From the NCBI GenBank assembly GCA_000092065.1, contig CP000591.1: a stretch of DNA of 64,000 nucleotides; one strand, 5' to 3'. Positions 36,901-46,998 of the stretch are shown here, piece by piece. This DNA is from Ostreococcus lucimarinus. Lineage: Eukaryota. The translations under genes were made by a program, and so were the position numbers. The stretch's first letter is position 1. The number at the start of each line of letters is the position of its first letter. The notes beneath the pieces are model-generated. The model made no database searches and was not told the origin of the DNA. It was given only the letters and a program-made list of their open reading frames with translations.

Positions 36901-39354
36901 CTACTTGTCCGGAGCGCTTGTGGCGCTTAAGCTCGAGGTTGAGCCCTTACGCGCGGCGCGTAGCGCCTTTTCTATGTCCACTTGCTCCCTGTAGACTTCG
37001 CGCAAATCGCCCAGGACGTCTTTGAACGCGCTGCGGCGTTCGGGTTGGGTGGCCCACGCGCCGTGGATGATCTTGCGGTAACCCTCGGGCGCGCTCGCTG
37101 GGAGTTCAAGGTTTTTTGCGGTCGCCGCGAGCGAGGCGTCGAGATCGGAGGTCATTTGGAACACGATTTGGTACTCGTTCAAGTCTTCCCACGGGATGCG
37201 CCGAGTGAGGAGTTCCCAGAGGATGACGCCGTACGCGAAGACATCTGAAGCTTCGCTGAATTTACCGCCACGTATCACTTCGGGAGAGGCATAGTTCACC
37301 GTGCCTGTCATACCCGTCTGACGCGAAAGCCGTGAACTGTGCTTCACTTTGCTCAAACCAAAGTCGGTGATTTTTACCATGCCATCGCGATTGACGAGAA
37401 CGTTGTTCGTGTTCAGGTCACAGTGCACGATTGGGAACGGTTTGGCGGAGTGCAAGTAAACCATTCCTTGCGCGATCGTCATCGCCCATCGCGTGAGCGT
37501 GAGCGTGGTGTACGGCGTAGTCGTTCGATGGAGAAATTGGTGAAGCGATCCCTTATCCATGTACTCGAGAACGATGGTCAAATTCGGCGCTTGCGTGCAC
37601 GCGCCGAGCCACAAGACGATGGACGGGTGCCTCAGTCGCGACAATATCTGCACCTCGCGACGGAAATCGCTCAACCCTTTACCCATCATATCTTGATTGA
37701 ATAGCTTTTTCACCGCCACGAGACTGCCGTGATACCGACCGAGGAAGACCTCGCCGAAACCGCCGTGACCGATTCGATTTTGCGACGACGGCACGCCTCC
37801 TTCAAACTCGATATCCTTGTAATCAATCTCCCACTCGGTGTTAAGCTCCATGACTCGATCACCCTCGACCGGTTCGTCTTCGGGTAAAATTGAACGCGAA
37901 AGATCCGAAAGCGGCGTCGGCGAAAACGAACGCGCGCCGACGTTCAGTCTGCTCGGCGACGGCGTCGAGAGGCCCGGATCCGAAGGCGGCGTGCGATACG
38001 GCGATACGCTCTGCGTTCGCGATAAGCGTCCTGCGGGCGAATTTTCCCCAGGCATTTTCGCAGGCGTCGAACGAGGTCGCTCGTACTCGGTGTGTTCGTC
38101 ATCCATGTTCAACGCTGCGAACTCCTCGAAAGCCTTCACTTCTAAGTACAGCTGCATGAGTTGCTCGCCGAGCTTTGTCAAATCGCACGTGCTCGGAAAC
38201 AGTTTCCTACGCGGATCCCACCCCGGAGTCGACTCTAAAATGTCCAACACGCGCTCCTCGAGCGCGTCCTCACAGCTTCTCGACGCCTGCAGCGTCGCCT
38301 CGCAATAAACGCTGAGCTGTGGACCAGGTTCGTCGTACTCGGCCGCCTTGACTTCGTCCAAGACGTGCATGAACCATCCTATCAAAACGCTCGCGCGGGC
38401 TTTTTCAGAAATGAACTCGATCCACGACACGTCGAGCTCGAGCTCGAGCGGGCTCAGTCCACCGCGTGGCGCGCCTAAAGGTTTGCTCAAAGGCGGCGTG
38501 ACGCCCGTCTTCTCGTCCGCGTTCCCCTTTTCGGCGTCCGCGGCGCCGGCGCTCGCGCGCAAAATGTTAATCGCGCGAATCACTCGCACGCGTTCTAAAT
38601 TTCGCTCCAAGTGCAGCGATTGCTTCAAGTCTGCCTCGGTCAACCGCAACAGCTCGTATCCATTCACTTTAGCGCTCGCGAACGCGTCCACTAACTCCTC
38701 GAGTTCTGAGCTCTTCAACCACTCGCTCACGTCGCCGATGCTCCACGCGTCCACGCCCCGCGACTGACTCTCCTCTAAAAGTGACGATTGCGACGCATTC
38801 CTCGACGGCGACTTCGGCGTCGCCGAATTCCCACCATCTCGCGTCCCCACCTTCCCCAGCGCCCGCGCCAGCGCCTTCGTCTTCACCTCAACCGTAAACG
38901 TCCGACTAAACTCCGCGCGCTCGTTCGACAGTTCCACCGCGTGCAACTCCCGCACCGGTCTCACCCCCAGCACCCTATCGAACGTCACCGTCACCTCCAC
39001 GTCGCACGACGTCTTCACCCCTCGCAATTCGCATTCAAACGGCGCCTCGTCCACCCGCCTCTCTCCGTGTCCGCCGCCGAACACGAACAGCGCGCTCTTC
39101 ATCGTCCCGCGCCCGCCCCTCGCGAAGCACGTCACGTCGTACGTTCCCTCCCCCGACGCTCGCGCCGCGTTCCCGATCGCGCACTCCAGCGCATCCGTCG
39201 TCTCACCGTCGTCCGCGTCGTCGCTGTCGCTCTCCGCGCGTCGTCGCGCCAGGCGCGCGCCGAGCAGCCCCGACGTGCGGTTGACTTGCGTCTCCTTGAA
39301 AAACTCGCCGAGCGTCAGCGTGCGCGCGTTCGCGCGCTGTTTCGAGCGTCCCAT
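36901..39354 (-). CDS. SAM-domain + TKL-type Ser/Thr(/Tyr) protein kinase (Raf-like MAP3K architecture)
   Basis: SAM 'VSEWLKSSELEELVDAFASAKVNGYELLRLTEADL'. Kinase subdomains 'IGHGGFGEVFLG...VAVKK', 'HCDLNTNNVLV', 'DFGLSK' and 'YASPEVI'. ATG at 39354. Confidence 0.8.
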   Translation of the reverse strand: MGRSKQRANARTLTLGEFFKETQVNRTSGLLGARLARRRAESDSDDADDGETTDALECAIGNAARASGEGTYDVTCFARGGRGTMKSALFVFGGGHGERRVDEAPFECELRGVKTSCDVEVTVTFDRVLGVRPVRELHAVELSNERAEFSRTFTVEVKTKALARALGKVGTRDGGNSATPKSPSRNASQSSLLEESQSRGVDAWSIGDVSEWLKSSELEELVDAFASAKVNGYELLRLTEADLKQSLHLERNLERVRVIRAINILRASAGAADAEKGNADEKTGVTPPLSKPLGAPRGGLSPLELELDVSWIEFISEKARASVLIGWFMHVLDEVKAAEYDEPGPQLSVYCEATLQASRSCEDALEERVLDILESTPGWDPRRKLFPSTCDLTKLGEQLMQLYLEVKAFEEFAALNMDDEHTEYERPRSTPAKMPGENSPAGRLSRTQSVSPYRTPPSDPGLSTPSPSRLNVGARSFSPTPLSDLSRSILPEDEPVEGDRVMELNTEWEIDYKDIEFEGGVPSSQNRIGHGGFGEVFLGRYHGSLVAVKKLFNQDMMGKGLSDFRREVQILSRLRHPSIVLWLGACTQAPNLTIVLEYMDKGSLHQFLHRTTTPYTTLTLTRWAMTIAQGMVYLHSAKPFPIVHCDLNTNNVLVNRDGMVKITDFGLSKVKHSSRLSRQTGMTGTVNYASPEVIRGGKFSEASDVFAYGVILWELLTRRIPWEDLNEYQIVFQMTSDLDASLAATAKNLELPASAPEGYRKIIHGAWATQPERRSAFKDVLGDLREVYREQVDIEKALRAARKGSTSSLSATSAPDK

Positions 39355-39607
39355 GGCGACGACGCGCGTCGCGCGCCTCGACCCTCGCCCCGGCCCTCGC
39401 GCGCCGCCGGCGCGACGCGAACTCGCGCGCGCGGCGACGAATGCGTCGAGTTCGAGTCGCGCCGAATAAACGGACACACGGCGTATGGGCAAACAGTGAG
39501 ACACCGAGCGCGCCGTTGGTGTCCCGCACACGCGGGTGTGTCGCGCCGCGCCGCCCCGCGCGCGCCGCCGCGCGCCACCGCGCGGCGCGCGCGACTCGAC
39601 GCGCGCG

Positions 39608-42409
39608 ATGGCGCCCGCGCGGCGCGGAAGCTTCGACCGCGGCGATGCCGACGCGCGCGGACGCGAAACCGACAGCGACGACGGCGACGAGCGGCGACAT
39701 CACACGCTGACGCTCGCGCAGGGACGCGCGCTGCGGCGCGAGCTGAGCCGACACACGCTGCACGCGCTGGGCGGCGAGCGCGTGTGCGAGGAGAGCTCGC
39801 CGGAGACCACGCTTGGGTCCACGCAGGCGGAGGCGCTGGGACGCGCGTTCCTGGCGTCGACGGAAAGGGCGAACGATGGGGAGGCGACGGAGGCGGAACG
39901 GGCGGCGGCGCGCGTCGAGCTGGAAAACGTCGAACGCGAACGAAGGTCGACGGAAAGACGGTCGAGCAGACATTCGATCGACGCGCCGGCGCGAAAGGTG
40001 AAGTTTGATGCGGTGCCGGAGATGATTCCGAGGGTGGCGTCGGGCGACGACGTGAAAATGGTGAACGCGGCGAACGCGGGGACGGGGGCGACGACGCTGA
40101 GCGCGTCGACGGGGAAAGAACTCGCGGCGGAATTGAAGAAGACGCGATCGAAGATGGACGAAATAAAAGCCAGCGTGTCGAAGAAGTCGTCGTCGTATAA
40201 AGCGGCGGACGTCACGGGCGACGAAAACGTGCTCGAGGGGAAGGAGGAGAAGACGCGTCGCGCCATCAAAGCGATTCAACGACAGACGGACGCGCTGATG
40301 TTCCTCGCGGACGCCGTCGAGGCTAAAGACTTGCCTGGTCTCGCTGAGAGAATGCGCGAACGTCTGCGAACGATGAAAGAAAACTATCACGACATCACGT
40401 CTTACGAAGGTTTGCGTCAGCGTAAAAAAGGGGCGCTCAAGGCGGCAAAAAAGATGGATTTGTTGCGCGCCGCGTTCAACGTCGACGAGGCGCCGAAGGA
40501 CGCGTGCCCGATGCCGACACACAAGAGCGATAAGCCGCTGAAGAGAAAACGAGAGTATCGTATTTTGGGGACGAAAATGCTGTGCGCGGGTGTGTGTTTT
40601 CTCGTGCTTCTGATGATTCCGTTCTTAGTGACGCAGTACGAAGAACACGAGCACCACACCGGTTGCGATTCGATAAGCCAGGGTATGATTAAGCTCGACC
40701 ACGCGAGCTCGGGACAACTCGAAGTGAACTTGTTGGTTGGTCCGTGCACGTACAACGCGAGTGATTTTCATATGTCTTACAACATCTATCAATCGTACAA
40801 CCACCATACGTACCAATTGGGAGCGCTTGGCAAACCGTTGACGACGCCGCATTGGAGTGCGGCGTCCAGTGGGCATCGGCGTAAACTTCTCGGTGGTGGC
40901 GGCGCCGGTGTCAGCAAGCACGTCAAAGCAAGTTTTGAGACGTATATTTTGAGTGAATATCAATCCAAACACGGGAGCGTGTATATGAACTTTACCACAG
41001 ATTGTCCCACGCCAGTGGCGATCTCGCTCACTGCGACGGATACCGGCTTGGTGGGCATCGCCGGTATGTGGCTCGGTTTAGTTCTTCTCATCAGTATCTT
41101 CGGGTTGATCATTACTGAAATCATTCACCGCACCCTAGTTGCGTTCATTGGCGCCGCCGCTGTGCTGTTTATCCTGTCTTTACAACATCGCTTGCCATCG
41201 ATAGCGACGATTTTGACGTGGATGGATCACGGCACGCTCGCGCTGTTGTTCGGTATGATGATCATCGTCGCTCTACTTTCCCGCACTGGCGTGTTCGAGT
41301 ATATATCCGTACATATTGTCGAGTACTCAAAGGGTAGCATGTGGCGCTTGTTCTTCATGCTCATGATATTCGACGCAGTGTTGAGCGCGTTTTTGGACAA
41401 CGTCACCACAATGTTGCTCCTCGCACCCGTGGCGCTGTCTCTGTGCAAAGCTTTGAACATTGATCCGCGTCCACTTTTGATTCCGCTCTCCATTTTCGGT
41501 AACATTGGTGGATGTTCCACACTCATTGGTGATCCTCCGAACATTATCATCGGAAACGCGCTCAAGGAGCACATCGGTTTTGTCGACTTTTTACGAGTCC
41601 TCGGTCCGGGGGTCTTGCTCACGATGCCGTTTATTTTCGCTTTTGTCAAGTGGTACTACGGTGACGCATTGTTTGGTCAAAAGATCAACGTCGACATCGA
41701 CGAATTGCGCGCAAAGTATCCCATACGCGACATGAACTTGCTCATTCGCAGCGGAACGATTTTGATTTTTGTCATTTTGCTATTCTTTTTGCACCCCGTG
41801 ATGCACATGGAACCGGCGTACGTTGCGGTTTTCGGTGCGATCGCAATACTTCTCACAGGAAGCCACGATGAGTTTGAGTACGCGCTCGAAAAAGTTGAGT
41901 GGGACTCTTTGTTGTTTTTCGCGGGCTTGTTTGTGTTCACCGAGGGCATCGCTAAGCTCGGCTTGCTCAGAGCCATCGCCGATGAGCTCTCGACGCTCAT
42001 CGCCTCCTTCCCTATCGGGCAGCGTCAGATCGGCGCCATGTTGCTGGTGGAGCTCGTCGCTGGTATCGCGAGCGCATTCGTGGATAACATTCCATTCACC
42101 ACGACCATGCTTCCGGTCATCATACAAATGAGCGAAAACGTACAGGGCATCTCCATCGAAGCGCTCGCGTGGGCCCTCTGCTTCGGCGCCGACTTCGGCG
42201 GCATCGGAACTTTGATCGGCTCTTCCGCCAACATCGTGATGGCTGGTATTGCCGCCGAAGCTGGTTTTCCCATCACCTTCAAGTCCTTCTTCCGAATCGG
42301 CTGGCCCGTGATGTGCATCTCCTTGTGTATCGCCGGCGCCTACCTCGCCGCGCTTGAAGGCGCTGGGACTTTCAAAGTCAAAGACGACGACAGCGCGTCC
42401 TACAGCTGA
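39608..42409 (+). CDS. ArsB/NhaD-superfamily permease (NhaD Na+/H+ antiporter / P-protein-like) with ~330-aa soluble N-terminal extension
   Basis: C-terminal 11-12 TM helices with 'FLDNVTTMLLLAPV' and 'GGCSTLIGDPPNIIIGN' twice ('GIGTLIGSSANIVMAG'), the duplicated NhaD/CitMHS motif. ATG at 39608. Confidence 0.65.
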   Translation: MAPARRGSFDRGDADARGRETDSDDGDERRHHTLTLAQGRALRRELSRHTLHALGGERVCEESSPETTLGSTQAEALGRAFLASTERANDGEATEAERAAARVELENVERERRSTERRSSRHSIDAPARKVKFDAVPEMIPRVASGDDVKMVNAANAGTGATTLSASTGKELAAELKKTRSKMDEIKASVSKKSSSYKAADVTGDENVLEGKEEKTRRAIKAIQRQTDALMFLADAVEAKDLPGLAERMRERLRTMKENYHDITSYEGLRQRKKGALKAAKKMDLLRAAFNVDEAPKDACPMPTHKSDKPLKRKREYRILGTKMLCAGVCFLVLLMIPFLVTQYEEHEHHTGCDSISQGMIKLDHASSGQLEVNLLVGPCTYNASDFHMSYNIYQSYNHHTYQLGALGKPLTTPHWSAASSGHRRKLLGGGGAGVSKHVKASFETYILSEYQSKHGSVYMNFTTDCPTPVAISLTATDTGLVGIAGMWLGLVLLISIFGLIITEIIHRTLVAFIGAAAVLFILSLQHRLPSIATILTWMDHGTLALLFGMMIIVALLSRTGVFEYISVHIVEYSKGSMWRLFFMLMIFDAVLSAFLDNVTTMLLLAPVALSLCKALNIDPRPLLIPLSIFGNIGGCSTLIGDPPNIIIGNALKEHIGFVDFLRVLGPGVLLTMPFIFAFVKWYYGDALFGQKINVDIDELRAKYPIRDMNLLIRSGTILIFVILLFFLHPVMHMEPAYVAVFGAIAILLTGSHDEFEYALEKVEWDSLLFFAGLFVFTEGIAKLGLLRAIADELSTLIASFPIGQRQIGAMLLVELVAGIASAFVDNIPFTTTMLPVIIQMSENVQGISIEALAWALCFGADFGGIGTLIGSSANIVMAGIAAEAGFPITFKSFFRIGWPVMCISLCIAGAYLAALEGAGTFKVKDDDSASYS

Positions 42410-42623
42410 GTCGATCGCACGTATGTATCGCGTTTGTCATATTATTATCTGCGTATTGTGCCGACCGCGTCGTCGTTCCGTTTCGTATCCTTCGTCGATC
42501 GAGCGCCGAGCCGTCGCGCCGTCCCGAGCCGTCGCCGTCGCCGTCCCGCGCGTCGTCGCCGCCCGCAGTTCGCGCCGCTGCCCGGTGCGTGACTCCCGTC
42601 GAAGCCTGGACGGACCGCGGGCG

Positions 42624-43850
42624 ATGGATAAATACAGAAAGCAACAACGCAAGCGCGAGATAGAGAAAAACAAGGAACGACGCAAGGAGGCGCGCGCAGT
42701 CGCGGCGCAAACGAAAGATTTGAGTGAATTACAGGCTGAACGTGAGCGACTGGAAAAGGCGAAAAACGCGCCGCAAATCCCAGGACAGCGCCTGCGAGTG
42801 GATAAGATTGATGAAAAGCTCACGTGGCTGTCGAAGCAAATCGACGCGAAGCGAGCAAGCGATGCGCGAGATCGAGAGGCTGGGTTGACGCCGCGAAGCG
42901 CGAAACCGCGAGGGCCGACGTCGACGGCGTACGCGGTTGGGGCGGAACAGTACTATAAACCAGAGGATTCGGTGTATTGGCACCCGAAGTTGAATCCGAC
43001 CGGACGTCCGCCGGCTGGGAAACCGCAGAAGTGGAAGGCAGGGATCGTGGTGGATGAATGCGCGAGCGCTTCGAGACAAGCGTTGCCGGCGGCGACGGCG
43101 GCTAGCGACAGTGATAGCGACAGCGACAGCGACAGCGACGCGATGCCGCCGCCGCCTGGTCCGCCACCAGGGTTTGAATTGGTGATCCCCGCGTTGCCGG
43201 TGAAAGATGATGCGATCGCGGCGGCGAAGACGGACACGAACGACGAGGACGAACCGTTGTTGCCGCCGTCGGCGCCGCCGGACCACGAGGACGAACCGTT
43301 ACCGCCGCCGCCGGTACCAGCGGGCGACGAAGATGGATCAGACTCTGAGGCTTTACCACCACCACCGATGCCGCCGACTGGGACGAGCGGCGGTAACGAA
43401 GTGGAAGTGGCGCCACCGCGCGTTACGGAGACGACGACTGTGGTGCGCCGCGCACCGGTGGGATCGATGCCGCGCGTTGTTCCAGTGCAGAGAAGACCGC
43501 CGCCGCCACCAAAGCACGGTGTCGGTGGTTTCTTCGCCGCCGCTCCTCGGGCAGTACGAAAACCGCCGTCCGATCCGGCGACATTTACGAAGAGCGCTGC
43601 GCCGACGGCGACGCCCATCGTTCGCGCCGAACACAACGTGAAACTGAAAGCACTCGTTCCCGCGAGCGTTCGCGTGAACCGGCAGGAGGCACCCAACGCA
43701 AAACGACAACGCGTTGTAACTGGACGAGCGATTAACGCTGCGCCGAAGGTCGCCGCGTCGTCATCAGCAGGCGGCTCGGGCAAGGCGGCAGACGAAACGT
43801 ACCTCAGCTTCTTAGACGAGATGAGCGAACTAGGGGCGTTCGCAGAGTAG
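42624..43850 (+). CDS. WBP11/SIPP1-like splicing-associated protein (basic coiled-coil N-domain + proline-rich C-terminus)
   Basis: '[26 protein letters not shown]...[12 protein letters not shown]' resembles the WBP11 N-terminal domain (KKELKKNKKQR...). The polyproline '[10 protein letters not shown]' repeats are typical of WBP11. ATG at 42624. Confidence 0.55.
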   Translation: [408 protein letters not shown]

Positions 43851-43881
43851 AATCTAGCACAATTTAGTAATACAACGATCC

Positions 43882-44805
43882 CTAACGCTTCTTTGCGAGA
43901 GCGAGAACTTCGGATTCGCGAACTTCGCACGCCCAGTGCAATAACGTTTGTCTCACTACGGGTGAAATGCGTGAATCGTCCCAACTCGCGTTAGCGTTGA
44001 TAATCTTGTTGATGAGATTCGTCTTCCATCGCCCCTTTTCCCCGCACACGCCTTTCCAACGTGATATTTGCCTGTCGTCTTCGCCGTCGTTCAACCGCCT
44101 TCCCTGATAAAATCTGCAGTACCAGTGAAACCATCCTCGTGGGTCCCGCGAGTCGATCCACCCGCTCTCTTCCCAGTACGTTTGCGTTTGCCCCGCCTTG
44201 ACGCCGTACATGTTCGTCGGAATGTTATATTTGCGACTCGCGTACCAGCTCTTATCTAAGCCCTCGAACCATTCATTCGGAAACTCCGAAGGGTCGATGT
44301 TGCATGGTCCTCGAATACCGGGCTTGCCGCCGCGCGGATGGAAATAGCACCCACCCCACGATCCGGCCGCTATCACTTGCGTGGGCGTGAGGTTGGGCTT
44401 AAAGTCTGGTCTGTCTTTGAACACTAGATGTCCTTTGGTCGGATGTCGCGGCACCGCGCCTCGCCGTTCCGGCAGCGCCAAAGCGCTCTTGCGCAGCGCC
44501 TCCGACGGCGGCGGCGGCGGTTCATACGCCACCCTCGCGCGTCCCGCGGTGCTAACGATCGCTTTATCAACGTCCTTGAACATGTCCTCATCGCTGTAAC
44601 TCTGCACCGCCTTTCGCGCGCGTCCGGACGTGCGTCGCGGCGCTTCGCTCGCTGACGTCACCGCCGCGCTTTTTGAGACTTTCGGCCGCGGTGACGCGCG
44701 GGATTTGCGGACGCTCGCGGCGAGGACGTCGACGCCCAACGCTCGCATTCGTTCTTTGTTCGCGACGATCTTCTTTTCGCGCGCGCGTTCGTATGAATCG
44801 ACCAT
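43882..44805 (-). CDS. hypothetical protein with conserved Trp/Cys-rich C-terminal domain, unrecognised family
   Basis: 307-aa ORF, ATG at 44805. The C-terminal domain is 'GSWGGCYFHPRGG...NEWFEGLDKSWY...GWIDSRDPRGWFHWYCRFYQGRR...ISRWKG'. I cannot assign it from memory. Confidence 0.5.
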   Translation of the reverse strand: MVDSYERAREKKIVANKERMRALGVDVLAASVRKSRASPRPKVSKSAAVTSASEAPRRTSGRARKAVQSYSDEDMFKDVDKAIVSTAGRARVAYEPPPPPSEALRKSALALPERRGAVPRHPTKGHLVFKDRPDFKPNLTPTQVIAAGSWGGCYFHPRGGKPGIRGPCNIDPSEFPNEWFEGLDKSWYASRKYNIPTNMYGVKAGQTQTYWEESGWIDSRDPRGWFHWYCRFYQGRRLNDGEDDRQISRWKGVCGEKGRWKTNLINKIINANASWDDSRISPVVRQTLLHWACEVRESEVLALAKKR

Positions 44806-44866
44806 CGCGCGAGCGAATGACGGTTCATGTTTTTTGTCTTCGCTTTTTACTCTCTCAGTCTCAATT

Positions 44867-45634
44867 CTATGTTTTCTTCGCCGAGCTTGACTGAAATTGG
44901 ATCGGCTTGGCGTCGGCGTCGTGGCGCCCGCGCGCGCACGGCGCAAGCTTTAGAAAGTCATCGAAGTCGTAGACGAGTTTGCCGCAGCACGACCAACCCT
45001 TCTTGGTTTCGTGAAAGATGGGAGCGCCCGAGTGATGTTCGCACGCGTCGTCCGCGTTGTCGCGCTCACGAAACTTTCGTCCGCATCCCGGATTCTTGCA
45101 CGTCTGCTCCGTGTCCAAATCTACCTCGGGTTTGACCTTCTGTGCGACGTCCGGCGTCGTTTCGCGCGCTTCTGTCGTTGAAGTCGTCGCCGGCGACGCG
45201 CTATTCGCGTGCTCGGCGCAATAAAATCCGCTCTTACATCGAACGCACGCGCTCGCGTCGCCCTCGCCTCGCGCGCGCGCTTCCATGGACAAAGGCATCG
45301 CCGGTGCTGCAGGTAATCGCTCAACCACCGCCGCTGCTTCGTCGTCTTCATACGTTATCTTCGCGCACGTGTGCGTCCCGCTCGCGCAACCTTTGATTGA
45401 CATGAACTCCCCGAAGTCGTGCGACGACTTCCCGCAGCACGGCCACGACTTGACGCCGTCTCGAAAGCAAGGTCGTTTCGTGTGATGCACGCACGAACCC
45501 GGGACGTTCCCGGGGCCCGGGGCGTAGTACGCGTCGCATCCGAGTCGTTGACAAGCGTATGTGCCATCGGCTCTGGTGCAGGGCGGAAGCGCGGTCAAGT
45601 CATCTTCGAACGACCGCGGCGTCGGCGTCGACAT
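44867..45634 (-). CDS. RAR1: RAR1-like protein: CHORD-I, CCCH-like linker, CHORD-II, no CS domain
   Basis: Two CHORD signatures (C-x2-C ... HH ... W-SCC ... F-D/E-x-F): 'CQRLGCDAYY...CVHHTKRPCF...WPCCGKSSHDFGEF' and 'CKNPGCGRKF...CEHHSGAPIF...WSCCGKLVYDFDDF'. ATG at 45634. Confidence 0.75.
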   Translation of the reverse strand: MSTPTPRSFEDDLTALPPCTRADGTYACQRLGCDAYYAPGPGNVPGSCVHHTKRPCFRDGVKSWPCCGKSSHDFGEFMSIKGCASGTHTCAKITYEDDEAAAVVERLPAAPAMPLSMEARARGEGDASACVRCKSGFYCAEHANSASPATTSTTEARETTPDVAQKVKPEVDLDTEQTCKNPGCGRKFRERDNADDACEHHSGAPIFHETKKGWSCCGKLVYDFDDFLKLAPCARGRHDADAKPIQFQSSSAKKT

Positions 45635-45828
45635 CGATCGACGGCGGACGTGAAATGATTTAATTCTGTGCGCGACGACGCGGCGAGGCGCGCGCGGGGC
45701 GCGATCGAGGGCGTCGCGCACTGCGGTCGACGCGACGGCTTCCGAGCGTTTCGACTACTGCACTCGGTCATAAATTACAACACTGATTGCGATGACGATC
45801 GCTTTGTCGCGACGATGATCGATCGTCA

Positions 45829-46914
45829 TCAAATCGTGGCTCGACTGCCGCCGAGCGCGAGGACGTCGGCATCGGCCGCGTCGACGTCGACGAGCGGCTC
45901 GAACGGCGACGCCCAACGCACGCGCACGCGAGGCATTCGACCATCCGCTCCCGCGGGCGCGCACAGCGACATGACGTGCGACTGCGATGCGCGCGGTTTC
46001 AACAGCGCGAACCGCCAAGGGACGGTACCATCGTCGGTGACATCGCGCAAATCCATCGACCACGTCTTCGCCGCGTCCTCGGCGACGTCCCACGCTATGT
46101 CAAACTCCCTGAACGGACGTCCGGCGATTCCTAACCCTAAAGCCTTAACATACGACTCCTTCGCAGTCCACAACCGCATGAACGCTCGCGCGCGTTCGTC
46201 GTCCGCGACGATATCGCTCAGACGCCGCGTCTCGTCGTCGCTCAACCACCGCCGAGCGAATTTCCCCACATCCGTCCCTATTCGTCTATTCTCATCCTCC
46301 ACATCGATCCCGCACGCATCCCCGTTCGTCGTCACCGCCACCGCGGTGAGCCCGTCGCAGTGGCTGACGCTGAACCCACACCGCGCCGCCAGCGTCGCCG
46401 GTCCGCGCACGCTCGGCTTCCCTCGCGCGCCGTACGCGAACGTCACGTCTCGCGCGTCTCGCGCGTCTTCATCGTACCGCATCAGCACCGTCCGCGCGAA
46501 CGCGCGCGAGATCAACCTCGTGGCGTTTCCCATCAACTCCGTTCGCTCGTCTTCGCTCACCAACGCTTCGGCGCGTCGCGCGAGCTCGTTCTCGCTCGCG
46601 TCGTCGCCTCGCGTCCCCGCGCGCGCGTCGTAGCACCACACGTCGATCGTCTCGCCCGCGTCCCCGCCGCCCGCGCCGCCGTCGTCCGCCTCCACCGACG
46701 TCGTCCGCGCGACGCCGCGCGCGACGCCGCGCTCGAATCGCGCGCGCGCGCGCGTCGTTCGCGTCGTTCGCGCGCCGCGCGCGCGCCGAGTCAACGCCCA
46801 GCGCCCATCGCGCGGCGCCGCCGCGCCGTCCTGCGCGCCCGCGCGGCGTCCGCGCGCGCGCGCGCACTCGCGCGCGCACCATCGCCGCGTCGTCGCGCTC
46901 GCGAACGCGCGCAT
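45829..46914 (-). CDS. Sfp-type 4'-phosphopantetheinyl transferase
   Basis: 'GKPS...FSVSHCDGL' (GxD/FN-SHS-like), 'GIDVE' and 'LWTAKESYVKALG' (W/KEA motif). Confidence 0.75.
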   Translation of the reverse strand: MRAFASATTRRWCARECARARGRRAGAQDGAAAPRDGRWALTRRARGARTTRTTRARARFERGVARGVARTTSVEADDGGAGGGDAGETIDVWCYDARAGTRGDDASENELARRAEALVSEDERTELMGNATRLISRAFARTVLMRYDEDARDARDVTFAYGARGKPSVRGPATLAARCGFSVSHCDGLTAVAVTTNGDACGIDVEDENRRIGTDVGKFARRWLSDDETRRLSDIVADDERARAFMRLWTAKESYVKALGLGIAGRPFREFDIAWDVAEDAAKTWSMDLRDVTDDGTVPWRFALLKPRASQSHVMSLCAPAGADGRMPRVRVRWASPFEPLVDVDAADADVLALGGSRATI

Positions 46915-46998
46915 CGTCGCGCCGCGCGCGTCGTCGCGCTGTGCCGGTCAAAGCCGCGATCGCGTCATCACACCGCGACGCGCGCGCGGCGCGCGACG

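Noticed and set aside
39203-40522. 439-aa minus ORF
   Set aside because: Antisense to the kinase 5' end and NhaD-like N-terminus. Arg-rich artefact.
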